DNA of 29,333 nt from contig JANPLU010000114.1 in assembly GCA_031422435.1 (NCBI GenBank), forward strand, positions 1-29,333, in the 5' to 3' direction. The notes beneath the pieces were generated by a model. The model did no database searches and was not told where the DNA came from. It saw only the letters and a program-made list of their open reading frames with translations. This document shows positions 9,796-21,400 of this stretch, one piece after another. The DNA is from Acaryochloridaceae cyanobacterium VAR_48_metabat_390. GTDB lineage: Bacteria; Cyanobacteriota; Cyanobacteriia; Thermosynechococcales; Thermosynechococcaceae. The first letter of the stretch is position 1. Each line of letters opens with the position of its first letter. The position numbers and the translations under genes are program-made.

Positions 9796-10416
9796 TCAAG
9801 AATATTTGTCGCCGCTGAGGATAAAAATTGGATCAACTGCGGTAAAAACCTGATTGTTGCCGCGAGTTTCCAGTCGATTAATAACGGATTGAACCACCTC
9901 AACGTTTCGTGCCTGAAGTTCTGAGAAGGTTTCTGAAATGGCGTAGAGATGCTCTAGAGAAGTGGCAGTGGCGACAATCCGGCCTTGGGGCAAAAGATAT
10001 TGCCAGACTTGTCGCAAAATATCGCGTACAGAGCGCCCGCCTTCTAAACACACGCGATGAGGTGCTGCGGTTAATTCAGCCAAACATTCCGGTGCGCTGC
10101 CCTGAATCACCGTCACGTTTTTGACCCCAAAGCGATCGCAGTTCGTGCGAATCAGGCTTGCTACTTCGTCATCTCGCTCAATGGCGACAATATGCCCGTG
10201 CCGACAGAGCCGTCCGGCCTCAACGGGAATCGTTCCAGTACCGGCTCCAATATCCCAGAGCGTTGTGTCCTCTTGAAGCCTGAGCTGAGAGAGCAGCAAT
10301 AGCCGGGTTTCTCGTTTGGTCATGGGGATGCCAGGGAGTTGCTCAAAAAGCTCGTCGGGGATACCAGGACTCACATAGGGCCAGGGAAGTGTAGATGATT
10401 CGATCGGCTCAGGCAT
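9796..10416 (-). CDS. cbiT: Precorrin-6Y/cobalt-precorrin-6B C15-methyltransferase (decarboxylating) CbiT
   Basis: PGIPDELF, PMTKRETR, WDIGAGTGTI motifs; ATG at 10416 preferred. Confidence 0.9.
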   Translation of the reverse strand: MPEPIESSTLPWPYVSPGIPDELFEQLPGIPMTKRETRLLLLSQLRLQEDTTLWDIGAGTGTIPVEAGRLCRHGHIVAIERDDEVASLIRTNCDRFGVKNVTVIQGSAPECLAELTAAPHRVCLEGGRSVRDILRQVWQYLLPQGRIVATATSLEHLYAISETFSELQARNVEVVQSVINRLETRGNNQVFTAVDPIFILSGDKYS

Positions 10417-10705
10417 AGCGGTAAGAAACAATCCAGCAGTTGCATACAGTTTAAACTTACCCTTTCCGATCACAGCACCTGAAAATTTAGGTTTTGACAA
10501 GAGGCGTAAACAACGAACTGCTAAGGTTAAGCGTCATAGCATGAGAAAGTTAGTTCTACGCGCATTTGCAGCTTTTTCATGCGGTACAACTCATTTATTG
10601 CGAGGGACGCAGGGGGCGATCGCTCGAACTTCGCCTGTTAGGATTGTATCGGTTACTCCAATCTCCAACGTTTGTACTAAACCTTGAGAACATCAACTTT
10701 AGAAA

Positions 10706-11635
10706 ATGTCTAATTCTTATTCTCTCATCATTCATGGGGGTGCAGGTGCCCTAGAAGATCTCAAGCAAGAGGCCAGTGAGGCAGTTTTTCAACAGAGCAT
10801 TACCGCAATCTTAGAGCAGGGTCGTCAACGCTTAGAGCAGGGAGATAGTGCGCTAGACGTGGTGGAATATTGCGTCACCCTTCTGGAAGATGATCGGCTT
10901 TATAACGCCGGATGCGGCTCGGTTCTGAATGCCGAGGGTAAAGTAGAAATGGACGCTGCCCTGATGGATGGGCGCAACCTCCAGGCGGGGGCAGTGGCTT
11001 GTCTGCGCAATATTAAAAACCCAATTGCCTTAGCCCGTCGTGTACTAGACCATGGGGAACATGTGCTGCTCATGGGCGATGGTGCCTTAGAATTTGCTCA
11101 CTTCTGCCAAATAGAACCTTACCCCGATGACTACTTCATTACGGATTCACGCATTAAGCAGTTATCAGAAGCCAAGGCAGCTGGGCGAATGACGTTAGAC
11201 CATGAGCGAATCAAGCCTTCCCAAAAGCTAGGTACAGTGGGCGCAGTGGCGCAAGATCTCCAGGGTAATCTAGCGGCGGCAACCTCAACGGGCGGATTGG
11301 TCAACAAGCGCTGGGGGCGGGTTGGAGATACGCCTGTCGTAGGGGCGGGGGTGTTTGCAGATAATGAAACCTGTGCGGTATCGGCGACGGGCTATGGAGA
11401 GCAGTTTCTGCGAACGGTATTGGCAAAAACTATTTCTGATTTTGTGCAGTTTAATGGAATGGATGCAGACGCTGCGGCGAAGGCTGGGATTGAGTATTTG
11501 GTGAGAAAGGTAAAGGGAGACGGCGGCGTGATTGTGATTGATGGGGCGGGGAACTGTGCCGCCGCTCAGTCTACCTCGGGCCTAATTCGCGGCTGGATTG
11601 AGCGAGGCGGAGAAGCGTACTGTAAGTTAGGGTAG
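10706..11635 (+). CDS. iaaA: Isoaspartyl peptidase / plant-type L-asparaginase (Ntn hydrolase)
   Basis: IIHGGAG, EMDAALMDG, GTVGAVA (nucleophile Thr), ATSTGG, GRVGDTP, SATGYGE. Confidence 0.93.
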   Translation: MSNSYSLIIHGGAGALEDLKQEASEAVFQQSITAILEQGRQRLEQGDSALDVVEYCVTLLEDDRLYNAGCGSVLNAEGKVEMDAALMDGRNLQAGAVACLRNIKNPIALARRVLDHGEHVLLMGDGALEFAHFCQIEPYPDDYFITDSRIKQLSEAKAAGRMTLDHERIKPSQKLGTVGAVAQDLQGNLAAATSTGGLVNKRWGRVGDTPVVGAGVFADNETCAVSATGYGEQFLRTVLAKTISDFVQFNGMDADAAAKAGIEYLVRKVKGDGGVIVIDGAGNCAAAQSTSGLIRGWIERGGEAYCKLG

Positions 11636-11678
11636 GCAGCTTTAACGCTGGGTGATAAAAATTGAACCTTCAGCAGTC

Positions 11679-12638
11679 TTACTCAGCACTAGACGATTGA
11701 TCGGGTGCGAGAGGCTGTTTCTGTTTTGCCCAAGTCAGTCCCTTTTTTATGAGCCAAATGACACCGACTCCACCGCAGAGATAAGGACTAAAAACCAAAA
11801 GCCATAGCGCAAGACGCAATAGATTGGTGGTGGTTTCACTGACGGCATGGGTCGATTGTGACCAGGTTTCTTTGAGGCGATCGCCCAAAGGCTCTCCCTG
11901 CTGATTTTGGGCGATCGCTGCCCGTAGGGTCAAATTAATCGTCGAGTAGGCCACCTGTCCCTTCAAGTTTTGAACCTGCGCCTGAATTTGCTCAATCTGG
12001 CTGCGAATTTGCCCCAATTCTTGAGACACCTTAAGCACATCCGATACCGAACCGGAGCGCTCCATAATGCCCAGCACCACTGTTTCAGACTTGCGCAAAT
12101 TTCGCAGCCGAGCCTCAGAATCGACAATTTGGGTACTGACATCCTCTGCCTGAATAGCGCGAGTTTCGACGGTTCCCAACTTGGCAAGCTCAGCCAGTAT
12201 GCTATCTAAATCCGCTTGGGGCACTCGAAACTTAAACGTTGCCGTTCGTCGTGTCTCTAAATCTTCGGGCACTTGATCCTGTAGCCCTAGCAGGTCGCCG
12301 CCGCGCATAGTAACAACTGCCGTCACCTTCTGAGTCGTTGTTTCTACATTTTGCACCCGTAGCGCTAGACTTGCGGTTTTAATCAGTTGCGCCTTGGGCT
12401 GTATGGCAATGGTCTTAGCAACGGCTGAAGACGATATGTCTTCGGCATTGCTCTGCGATCGCACCTGCTGCGCTAAATCCTGAGTACTTTCCGCCTCTAT
12501 TCCCGCCGCAGTTGGGGCATTTCCAGAAACTGCCTGGGGCTGACCTTCATTGACGGCAGCAGAGCAGCTTCCGAGCAGAATTTGACCCAATATGACGCTG
12601 GTAATGAGCAATCCTGACCTTTTTTTACTGCTGTTCAT
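11679..12638 (-). CDS. DUF4349 domain lipoprotein
   Basis: Lipobox-like LLGSC; LIKTASL, FRVP, EDVSTQIVD..ARL, coiled coil, YSTINL, C-terminal TM helix. Confidence 0.85.
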   Translation of the reverse strand: MNSSKKRSGLLITSVILGQILLGSCSAAVNEGQPQAVSGNAPTAAGIEAESTQDLAQQVRSQSNAEDISSSAVAKTIAIQPKAQLIKTASLALRVQNVETTTQKVTAVVTMRGGDLLGLQDQVPEDLETRRTATFKFRVPQADLDSILAELAKLGTVETRAIQAEDVSTQIVDSEARLRNLRKSETVVLGIMERSGSVSDVLKVSQELGQIRSQIEQIQAQVQNLKGQVAYSTINLTLRAAIAQNQQGEPLGDRLKETWSQSTHAVSETTTNLLRLALWLLVFSPYLCGGVGVIWLIKKGLTWAKQKQPLAPDQSSSAE

Positions 12639-12955
12639 TACACATTTCCGATACGCTATCAGGGTTTATTATCACCCTGAGCTAGACCCTCTGGCAGATT
12701 GGTTACAGTTTAGGCAACACTTTTTTATAGAGAGGAGTGTTTACCAGCGCTCAATCTTGTCTACGCTAACTGGTCTCAAAAACAACCCTCTGAGAAACCC
12801 ATGAGTTTCTTTCTCCAAGCTAGATGTGAGAAATTTAAAGCTATAGAAGCTACAGGCTACAGCCCCTACTCTTTGCTCAATTCTGGTGCCTAAAGTCACC
12901 AAAAATGGCGTTGAAACTTTTCAACGCTAGACCGTAAAAACTAATCAGTCATAGA

Positions 12956-13417
12956 TTAATTACTAAGGATCTTTTGAACAATTTGTGTGCCTGTCACGGC
13001 CTGCCAACCAAACAAGCCTAGTAAAGCAACGTTGATTGAAATATGGCTATAGCGAGCGATATTGTTACCCTTCTGCATAAACGGAGTCAGACTGGCAGAA
13101 ACTGCGATGAGTCCTGTCATACCGAGTCCTACCAGCAAATGAGGACTAAAGAATAGCTTATGATTTTCGGTGTAGGTAGATGCCATGCCACCCAGGGTTC
13201 CAAGCACCATCAGTGCTAGCAGTAGAGAACTGGTCTGGTGGTGCTTGAGATTAAATTTTTTTTGAATTAACGCTTTCTTGGCATCTCCTTCAGCAGAACG
13301 AGTGCGACGGATCTGAAACCCTAAATACATTGTGTAAAAGGTCAGCCCCAGCAATAGCCACATGCTTAACGGATGTGCAAAATCAACAATCGGCTTCAAG
13401 GTAGGAGAGAGGGTCAT
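12956..13417 (-). CDS. DUF4079 family membrane protein
   Basis: HPLSMW, HHQ, SPHLLVGL, HISIN, QAVTG motifs; four hydrophobic segments. Confidence 0.85.
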   Translation of the reverse strand: MTLSPTLKPIVDFAHPLSMWLLLGLTFYTMYLGFQIRRTRSAEGDAKKALIQKKFNLKHHQTSSLLLALMVLGTLGGMASTYTENHKLFFSPHLLVGLGMTGLIAVSASLTPFMQKGNNIARYSHISINVALLGLFGWQAVTGTQIVQKILSN

Positions 13418-13619
13418 AGCCTAAATATAGTGAGGACAGGACTATCGCGTTTTTGACGTTCAGGACTTTATAAAAGTTATCATACGCCACAAGTTCTAGT
13501 CTGGCACAGCCTGAAGATGTAAGCGGTTTGGCGCTAGGTGATCGCCTAGTTCAGTCTTCAGCGCTAATGAACACACTGCCTTACTGCGTTGATGGCGTCA
13601 CAACTAATCCTACTAGCTG

Positions 13620-14291
13620 CTAATCCCACGACCTTCCACTCAATACAAGTGTTTTAGTTGACCTTACGGCTGGATAGGTAGGTCTAACCTCTGGCAGACA
13701 TGCACCGCTCAAGTTTGAATCTTTGAGATCAACATCATCCATCTTGACGAAGCTCAAATTTGCATTGGTCAAGTTTGTTCTAGAAAACGTCGCCTGACTG
13801 AGTACCGCAGAGCAAAGGCTCACACCTGTTAGGTTGGCTCCCGTAAGATCGGCCCTACTCAAGTTTGCGCCTTCCAGGTTTGCACCCTCTAGGTTGGCAT
13901 AGCGTAAATCGGCACCCACTAAAGTCGTGCAGCTCAGGTCTGCGTCTCGCAGGTGAGCTAAACGTAAATCTGCATTTCGTAAAGATGCCTTGTGCAGGTT
14001 TGCCTTGGCAAAGAGCGCATGGATTAAACTTGCCCCGTTTAGACTGGCGTGGATCAGTTGTGACCCGCTGAAATTGGTACGCCACAACATTGCCCTGTCT
14101 AAGATAGTCCCATTGAGCATCGCATTCTGCACACTAGCAACAGAAAGTGTGGCCTGAGATAAATCAGCACGGCTTAAATTTATCCCACCGAGGCAAGCTT
14201 CACTTAGATTTGCATCTCGTAAACTAATCTGGTAGAAGTCTCGTCCTCCGGCTGAGTAAAAACTTAGAAATTCAGCGACACCTACATCCAT
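13620..14291 (-). CDS. Pentapeptide repeat protein
   Basis: Y..G.RDF start followed by tandem A(N/D)LxX repeats. Confidence 0.92.
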   Translation of the reverse strand: MDVGVAEFLSFYSAGGRDFYQISLRDANLSEACLGGINLSRADLSQATLSVASVQNAMLNGTILDRAMLWRTNFSGSQLIHASLNGASLIHALFAKANLHKASLRNADLRLAHLRDADLSCTTLVGADLRYANLEGANLEGANLSRADLTGANLTGVSLCSAVLSQATFSRTNLTNANLSFVKMDDVDLKDSNLSGACLPEVRPTYPAVRSTKTLVLSGRSWD

Positions 14292-14505
14292 CGTCTAAAA
14301 TTCATCGCTACTGGAAACTGTACGAGCGCAGTAGTTAAAACCCGCTCCTATCGTCATGACTTACAAATTTTAAGGCGCACAACTCTTGGATTAAGCAGTT
14401 CTCTCGGATGTAAGTAGACTGACCGCCACAAAGAAAAAATCTGCTTTTGCATTGCACAAAAAGTGCTGCGCAAGACTGAAGGCGTCAGTAAACTCACAAT
14501 AAAAC

Positions 14506-14790
<285 letters not shown>

Positions 14791-15137
14791 TTAAAGAATA
14801 AAATCTTCTCGTCCTACACTCTGAATAGCCTTTGAATAAAGCGATTGAAGACGTTGAGCAATAAAGATCAAAATTCTGAGAAAAGTCTAACGTTGGGCTA
14901 AATGATGGGACCCAAAGAACGCTCTTAATGGTGAAAGCATTGGTGACGCACTCACTTAGTGCGTCAGATTTAAATCAAATTGCTGGATAGACAGAATGAC
15001 TGAAAACGCTGGAAGAAGCGATTTAAAATGTCTGTTTTTTGACGTTTTTGGAATGATGCTGTAAATTTGCCGCTTTTCTGCTCGGTAAAGTCTGTAAGCT
15101 AAAATACAAGCCCGACTGTCGTAGACAATAGCCAATC

Positions 15138-16253
15138 ATGCAGACTGTTATTCCTGTTCCGATCCCGCAAAATGCTTATAAAGTTGTGTTGGCAGCGGGT
15201 GGACTACGGCAAATTGGAGCTGTTTTTCAAGATGCTGCATTGGTGTGTCCTAATCTGGGTAAAAAGATTTTAATTGTCTCTAATCCAAAAATTTGGAAAC
15301 ACTATGGCGAAGCTGCATTGAGTGCTTTACAAGCAGCCGGATTTGATGTGGCGTGCTGCATTTTGCCTGCGGGGGAACGCTACAAAACCCTTCGCTCAAT
15401 TGAAAAAATCTTTGATAGTGCCTTAGCCCATCGCCTTGAGCGATCTTCAACGATGGTGGCGCTGGGGGGTGGCGTGATTGGGGATATGACGGGCTTTGCT
15501 GCGGCAAGCTGGTTGCGAGGCATTGCGGTGGTGCAAATTCCGACGACGCTATTGGCAATGGTGGATGCGTCTATTGGGGGCAAGACAGGGGTAAATCACC
15601 CTCAGGGTAAAAATTTAATTGGTGCGTTTCATCAGCCACGCCTGGTACTCATTGACCCAGAAACACTCAATACGCTGCCCACGCGCGAATTTCGCGCGGG
15701 GATGGCTGAAGTAATAAAGTACGGCGTGATTTGGGACTCTGATTTATTTGAGCAGCTTGAAGATTTCTCTCGTATCGATCAGCGCCGCTCTTTTTCCATG
15801 GAACTGCTGATGGAGATTCTGCGCCGCTCTTGTCAGGCAAAAGTGGATGTGGTGTCTCAGGATGAAAAAGAAGCGGGGTTAAGGGCGATCCTGAACTACG
15901 GTCATACCATCGGTCATGCCATTGAGAGCTTGACCCACTACCGAACCTTTAATCACGGGGAAGGGGTAGGGTTAGGGATGATGGCGGTGGGGCACATTGC
16001 CGCACAGCTTGGGTTGTGGTCGCAAGACTGCTGCGATCGCCAGTATCGTCTCATTCGCAAGGTTGGCCTGCCCGTTCAGCTCCCTGCTGATTTTGCAACA
16101 GAAGCCGTATTAGAAATGCTGACTGCCGATAAGAAAGTAAAGGCAGGTCGGGTGCGATTTATTATGCCCCACAACATCGGCATGGTGAAAATTACAGATG
16201 AAGTGCCCGATGACGCAATTCTCGCGGCACTCCGTGAGATGCAGGCGGCATAA
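15138..16253 (+). CDS. aroB: 3-dehydroquinate synthase
   Basis: [54 protein letters not shown] motifs. Confidence 0.97.
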   Translation: MQTVIPVPIPQNAYKVVLAAGGLRQIGAVFQDAALVCPNLGKKILIVSNPKIWKHYGEAALSALQAAGFDVACCILPAGERYKTLRSIEKIFDSALAHRLERSSTMVALGGGVIGDMTGFAAASWLRGIAVVQIPTTLLAMVDASIGGKTGVNHPQGKNLIGAFHQPRLVLIDPETLNTLPTREFRAGMAEVIKYGVIWDSDLFEQLEDFSRIDQRRSFSMELLMEILRRSCQAKVDVVSQDEKEAGLRAILNYGHTIGHAIESLTHYRTFNHGEGVGLGMMAVGHIAAQLGLWSQDCCDRQYRLIRKVGLPVQLPADFATEAVLEMLTADKKVKAGRVRFIMPHNIGMVKITDEVPDDAILAALREMQAA

Positions 16254-16255
16254 AA

Positions 16256-16588
16256 ATGAGTAGAGCAAGCTGGCTCCATCGGTGGATGATTACTGCACTT
16301 TTGTTCGCCTTAGTCTGGACGACGGGCATGACTTTACCTGCCGTTGCCGCTCAGTGCCAAACGGTCGCCAGCCAAGAGGTTTGCATTCTAAACCTGCGTC
16401 GCAGTGCTAAAAACTATTGGGAGTACTGGGCGCAGTTGAGCATCAACGGCGTGAAGCAGCCCGAACGAGTCTATGACTGCCGCGTATTTGCAAAAGTGCG
16501 ATCGCGCAATGTCCCTCCTGAACTGACCGCAGAAACGGTTAAAGCTGAGAGCATCGGTAGCTTAGTCTGCCGTCTCTACAGACCGTAG
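16256..16588 (+). CDS. Small secreted hypothetical protein (cyanobacterial type)
   Basis: Signal peptide, C..C, RSAKNYWEY, YDCR; starts 2 nt after the aroB stop. Confidence 0.75.
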   Translation: MSRASWLHRWMITALLFALVWTTGMTLPAVAAQCQTVASQEVCILNLRRSAKNYWEYWAQLSINGVKQPERVYDCRVFAKVRSRNVPPELTAETVKAESIGSLVCRLYRP

Positions 16589-16604
16589 AACGAATGGCCT
16601 TAGA

Positions 16605-18308
16605 TTAATCCACACTGTCGAGAATAGTCGCAAGGCCAGGAGATGGAAGCTTTGGCACTGAAAAAGCCGCTGCGTAAAGGTTAGGATTTTCCTGAGCAAT
16701 CTGAACATAAGACGCTCGAACCTGAGCATTCACCGCAATCATTTTTGCATCATAGACTTGGGTTGCCAGTTTTGGATAAACCCCTATGCCAATGACCAGC
16801 ATTAAAAAGCAGACGGCAATAAACACTTCGCGTGGCTTCGCATCAATAAATTCTGCATCCTCCGGCAAGACACAGCTTGTGCCAAAGCACACCGCATCTT
16901 GAGCGCCCTGGTTTTGAAACTGCATCTCTCCCACCTCACAGGATGGGGAAATATCGCAGCTTTGCATAGCGCCAGAGTCGTAAAACACCTGTCGCAGCAT
17001 AGACAGCAGATAGATGGGGGTCAGAATTATCCCGACTGCCGACAAAAATACCGTCACAATTCGGAAAGGGCTGCTAAAGACATCGTTAGTCGTCATGCCG
17101 ATAAACACGGCAAGTTCACTTACAAAGCCGCTCATCCCAGGTAAGGCAAGGGAAGCCATTGCACTTGCGGTAAACAGCGCAAACACCTTGGGCATGACCT
17201 GAGCAATGCCGCCCATCTCTTTCATAGACATCGTGTGGGTACGGTCATAGGTTACGCCTGCCAGGAAAAATAGCACCGAGGCAATGAGTCCGTGAGAAAT
17301 CATCTGGAGCATGGCACCGCTCATGCCAATATCGGTAAAAGACGTAATGCCCAGCAGCACAAACCCCATGTGAGACACAGAAGAATAGGCTAAACGGCGC
17401 TTCATATTGGTCTGGGCAAAGGAGTTAAATGCGCCATAGATAATATTGACGACGCCTAAAATGGCTAGCATCGGTGCAAAGTAAATATGAGCATCACCCA
17501 ACAGCTCCATGTTGAGCCGAATGAGTCCATAAGCTCCCATTTTGAGCAGCACACCTGCCAAAATCATTGAAACAGGGGCAGAAGCTTCGCCGTGGGCATC
17601 GGGCAGCCAAGTATGCAGCGGAAAAACCGCGAGCTTTGCACCAAAGGCAATCAGCAGTCCGGCATAGAGGGGTATTTCGAGGGCAAGGGGATAATGTCTC
17701 AGTCCCAACTCAGCGATATCGAAGGTAATGTCTGTGCCGCCATAAAGCCCCAACCCTAGTGCTGTGACTAGGATAAAGATAGAAGCCGTTGCGGTATACA
17801 GCAGAAATTTAGTTGCGGAGTATTGACGATTCGGTCCGCCCCAAATGGAAATTAGTAAATAAATCGGAACCAGCTCAAGCTCCCACATAATAAATAGCAG
17901 CACCAAATCTTGAGCCACAAAGACCCCAATCTGGGCAGAGTACAGCAGCAGCATGAGGCAGTAGTACAGACGTGGCTTACGATCTACCTGCCAAGACGCA
18001 AAAATAGATAGCGTTGTAACCAGCCCCGCCAAAATTACGAGGGGAACCGATAGCCCATCCACCGAGACGGCCCAGCTTAGCCCTAGGGTGGGGAGCCACG
18101 CATATTTTTCGACAAGCTGAAATGAGGCGTTACTGGCATCGTAGTGCGTCCAGAAAACGTAGCACATCAAAACAAATTCTAAAATGCCAACTCCAAGGGC
18201 ATACCATCGAACGGTCTTACCGTCTTTGTCGGGCAGGAATGGGATGGCAATGGAGGCCAAGACAGGCAGCAAAATAATTGTGGTCAACCAGGGAAAGTGA
18301 TCCGCCAT
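16605..18308 (-). CDS. ndhD: NAD(P)H-quinone oxidoreductase subunit 4 (NdhD, D1/D2 type)
   Basis: [66 protein letters not shown] at 18308 preferred. Confidence 0.95.
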   Translation of the reverse strand: MADHFPWLTTIILLPVLASIAIPFLPDKDGKTVRWYALGVGILEFVLMCYVFWTHYDASNASFQLVEKYAWLPTLGLSWAVSVDGLSVPLVILAGLVTTLSIFASWQVDRKPRLYYCLMLLLYSAQIGVFVAQDLVLLFIMWELELVPIYLLISIWGGPNRQYSATKFLLYTATASIFILVTALGLGLYGGTDITFDIAELGLRHYPLALEIPLYAGLLIAFGAKLAVFPLHTWLPDAHGEASAPVSMILAGVLLKMGAYGLIRLNMELLGDAHIYFAPMLAILGVVNIIYGAFNSFAQTNMKRRLAYSSVSHMGFVLLGITSFTDIGMSGAMLQMISHGLIASVLFFLAGVTYDRTHTMSMKEMGGIAQVMPKVFALFTASAMASLALPGMSGFVSELAVFIGMTTNDVFSSPFRIVTVFLSAVGIILTPIYLLSMLRQVFYDSGAMQSCDISPSCEVGEMQFQNQGAQDAVCFGTSCVLPEDAEFIDAKPREVFIAVCFLMLVIGIGVYPKLATQVYDAKMIAVNAQVRASYVQIAQENPNLYAAAFSVPKLPSPGLATILDSVD

Positions 18309-18455
18309 GATGTTGATGAGCAAAAATACTTATTTACCAATAAGACTATCTTATGAAAAATTGTGAAGTTTTATACATTGGTTTTCATGAGGATAAATCT
18401 ATACAAAATCTATTCTGCATAGAGAAAGTAGGGGTTATGGCTGCTTAAGGCGGGC

Positions 18456-21400
18456 TTAGAAGCGCAGGCGATACTCTAGAATGCCCAGAGCATCACCCTG
18501 AAAATTCACTGAGCTTCTAAGACGAAGCTGATCGGTAAAGTCATAGCTGAGATTAAGCTGCGGCAGCTCATTAGGAGCCGTCACGATTTGAAGCACCGAG
18601 ACCGACAGGCGATCGGTTACATCGTAGCCAAATTCTGCCCCCAAGTTGAGCGTTGACCCCGTATTGCTGTTGTTGTCTTTGATGGGCGTGAGTAGCGGAA
18701 ATAGCCGGAAGCTGGCGCGACTGCCCAACACGTCATCCACAATGCTCTGAAACCGATTGAAGACCGCTGAGCTGGCAAAGTTGACAATGGCCCCCTGGGC
18801 GTCTCCCGCCTCAAGAGACTGCGTAATGCCGCCGCTGAGGAGGGCTAAGATCTCGTTTTGAGTGCGCCCTGGCGTGCTGCTCAGCTCTAAAATGTCGCTA
18901 AAGCGCGTGTTGAGCTGGCTGGCTCTGCCCTGAATATTGGCTCGAACCCGAACCGATTCAATGGAGCCAAGAGTTCCCGCTTGGACATCTGCAAATTCAT
19001 TAAGGTTGGTTTTGCGACCTGCGGCAACTTCTGTCACTGTGGTGCGGAGACTAAGGTTTAGAAGTGGGTCTAGGCCATAGGCAGGCGTAAATTGGGCGTA
19101 GTTGTCTTTGCGTTCGTCTACTCTAAACTGCGTCGTAAAGAGATAGACATTGCCTTTTTTGAAGCGCACAATCCCGCTGGGGCGCGGGGCATCGACGGAG
19201 CCGTTTAAATCAACCTGCCCTGTGGCAATGAAGCTTAGAACAGGCGGCTGTAAAATGCGGATATTTTCACCTAGACGTACCTGTAGCCCCTGAAACGCTG
19301 CCGAGGCTGCTCCTCCCCCTGAGGTAGAAGTGTCTGTCTGTCCTGTTGCTGAAGATTGAGCAGCAGAGGCCGCCGCCAGCAGCACTTCACCATTGTCTAG
19401 GGCAACAAAGCCTTTAATGACAGGTCGAAAAACACTCCCAATCACGTTGAGGTCGCCATTGACCTGCCCTTTATATAGCCCTTTAACGCTGAGGGCGGTG
19501 TTATTAAGCAAGACAGAAAGTGGCGTTTCGACGGGCAATTTCTCATCAAAAATGGGAATGCTGCCCTTTACGATGAGTTGGCCTTTGTTATAGCGTCCGA
19601 TTAATTCAGGTACGTTAAGGCGATCGCTATTAAAGCGCACGGAGCCATTCACGTTCGTCAGCGGCTCTGGAAAGGTGGGCGATCGCAGGGTTGCATCCTG
19701 AAGCGCTAAATTGCCGCGCAGTAAAGGCTTATCGAGGGTTCCCCTGACCTGAAGATTAAGACTCCCTTTGCCATCAACCCAGGACACCTGATCTGAAAAT
19801 AAATTCACCAGCGCTAAGCCCTGATCTTTGACAGCCATCGAAATATTGACCTGATTATCCGAAGGCTTCACGGAGGAGAAGGGCAGCGCATAGGGCACAT
19901 TGCCCTGAATTTGAATGGGTTCAGGAGAATCAATATTGGCGGTGCTGTTAAATGCCAGCCGCGCATCTTTATAGCTAAACTGCGTGAACGCATTTTGGAC
20001 ATTGGCGCGGTTGATGACGCCTTGGTCAATGCTAAATTGCCCCTGAAGGCTGGGGTTGTCCCACTGACCCGCTAGAGTGGCAGTGCCATTGAGTTTTCCG
20101 GTGACGTTGACGGGTAAATCTAATAAGTCTGCAATGGATTCAACGGGCACTTGCGTGACGGTGAGCTGACCGGACTGGCGATCGCCACCCCCCACTCGCC
20201 CCACAAAGGAAGCCATACTTTCACCACTGGTGATGCTCAGTGGCTCCACGGTGATGCCGGATGGCGTAATGCTGCCCTTTGCTATCACCTGATCGAGGCG
20301 GTAGGGGTCTAGATCCCAATTTTGACCTGCAAGATCAAAGCTGCCATTTAGCCCTGTCTTAAGCGATCCGGCAAAGCGAACCTCGCCTGCAATGCGACCC
20401 TTTAGTTTTTCCCAATTGGGCAGCGCTACGCCATTGCCCGCCTGCTTCTGTTTAAGCTGAGCTAATAGCGCATCCACCTCTGCTAAACGCTGGAACTGCT
20501 GCCAAAGCGGAATCTCAGACAGGTTGACGGGTTCTGTCTGTACATTACCTGCACGACCCAAATTAGGGGAGGCTGGATCGATTGCGCCGAGGGAAGACCC
20601 AAGGGATTGACCGACGGCAATTAAATCTTCAATCTGCGCTTGGGCAATGAGCAAACGCCCCGAGACCTGAGGGTTGGCAAAATTGCTCAGGGTGGCATCA
20701 AGCTGATACTGATTTTCGCCCTGGACTAAGCGCGCCTGGGTAAGCGTTGCCACGCCCTTGGCATAGCGAATTTGACCTGTGAGGCGATCGCCTACAAACC
20801 GACCATAGCCGACGCGCCCTAGTCCGGGCTGCTCTACAACAAAAGCGCCATCGGCATCTAAGGTTTGTAAGTTGAGCGCCAGGGTTGCAGAGGCGTTGCC
20901 TGAAACTGAGCCGATGTTTTGTGAAATTTGCGGAAACTCATTGAGCGCCATGAGCGGCACGTCTTTTAGGACCAGACCAAAGATATTGGGCGTGGTGCGC
21001 TGCCCCACAATTGAAGCCGTATCGCGGCGGATGTCTATCGCAATGGGGCGCTGTTTTGCATCCAGCGCCACCTGGATGCGATCGCGCGTACCCCCTAAAT
21101 TCAGATCTAGCCCCTGCACAGCATCAAAATTGAAACGACCGACCATCAGTGGCTCAAAGGCCAAGTTAGATACCTTGAGGGTAGAGACTTCTATCCTGCT
21201 GGTTAAGACCGGAGCGCTGAGCGTCCCCGTGAGCCTGCCGTTGAGATCGGCAAGGCCGTGGAGCGGATTTTGGGAGAGTTGGGGTGCCGCAAGCCGATTT
21301 AACTCAAAGCCCTGCGCCACTACGTCTAAATTTAGGGTCGTAATTTGCGGTGCCTGAGGGCCTTGTAAAATTGCGCCGACTACCCCACGCGCCTCAAAAT

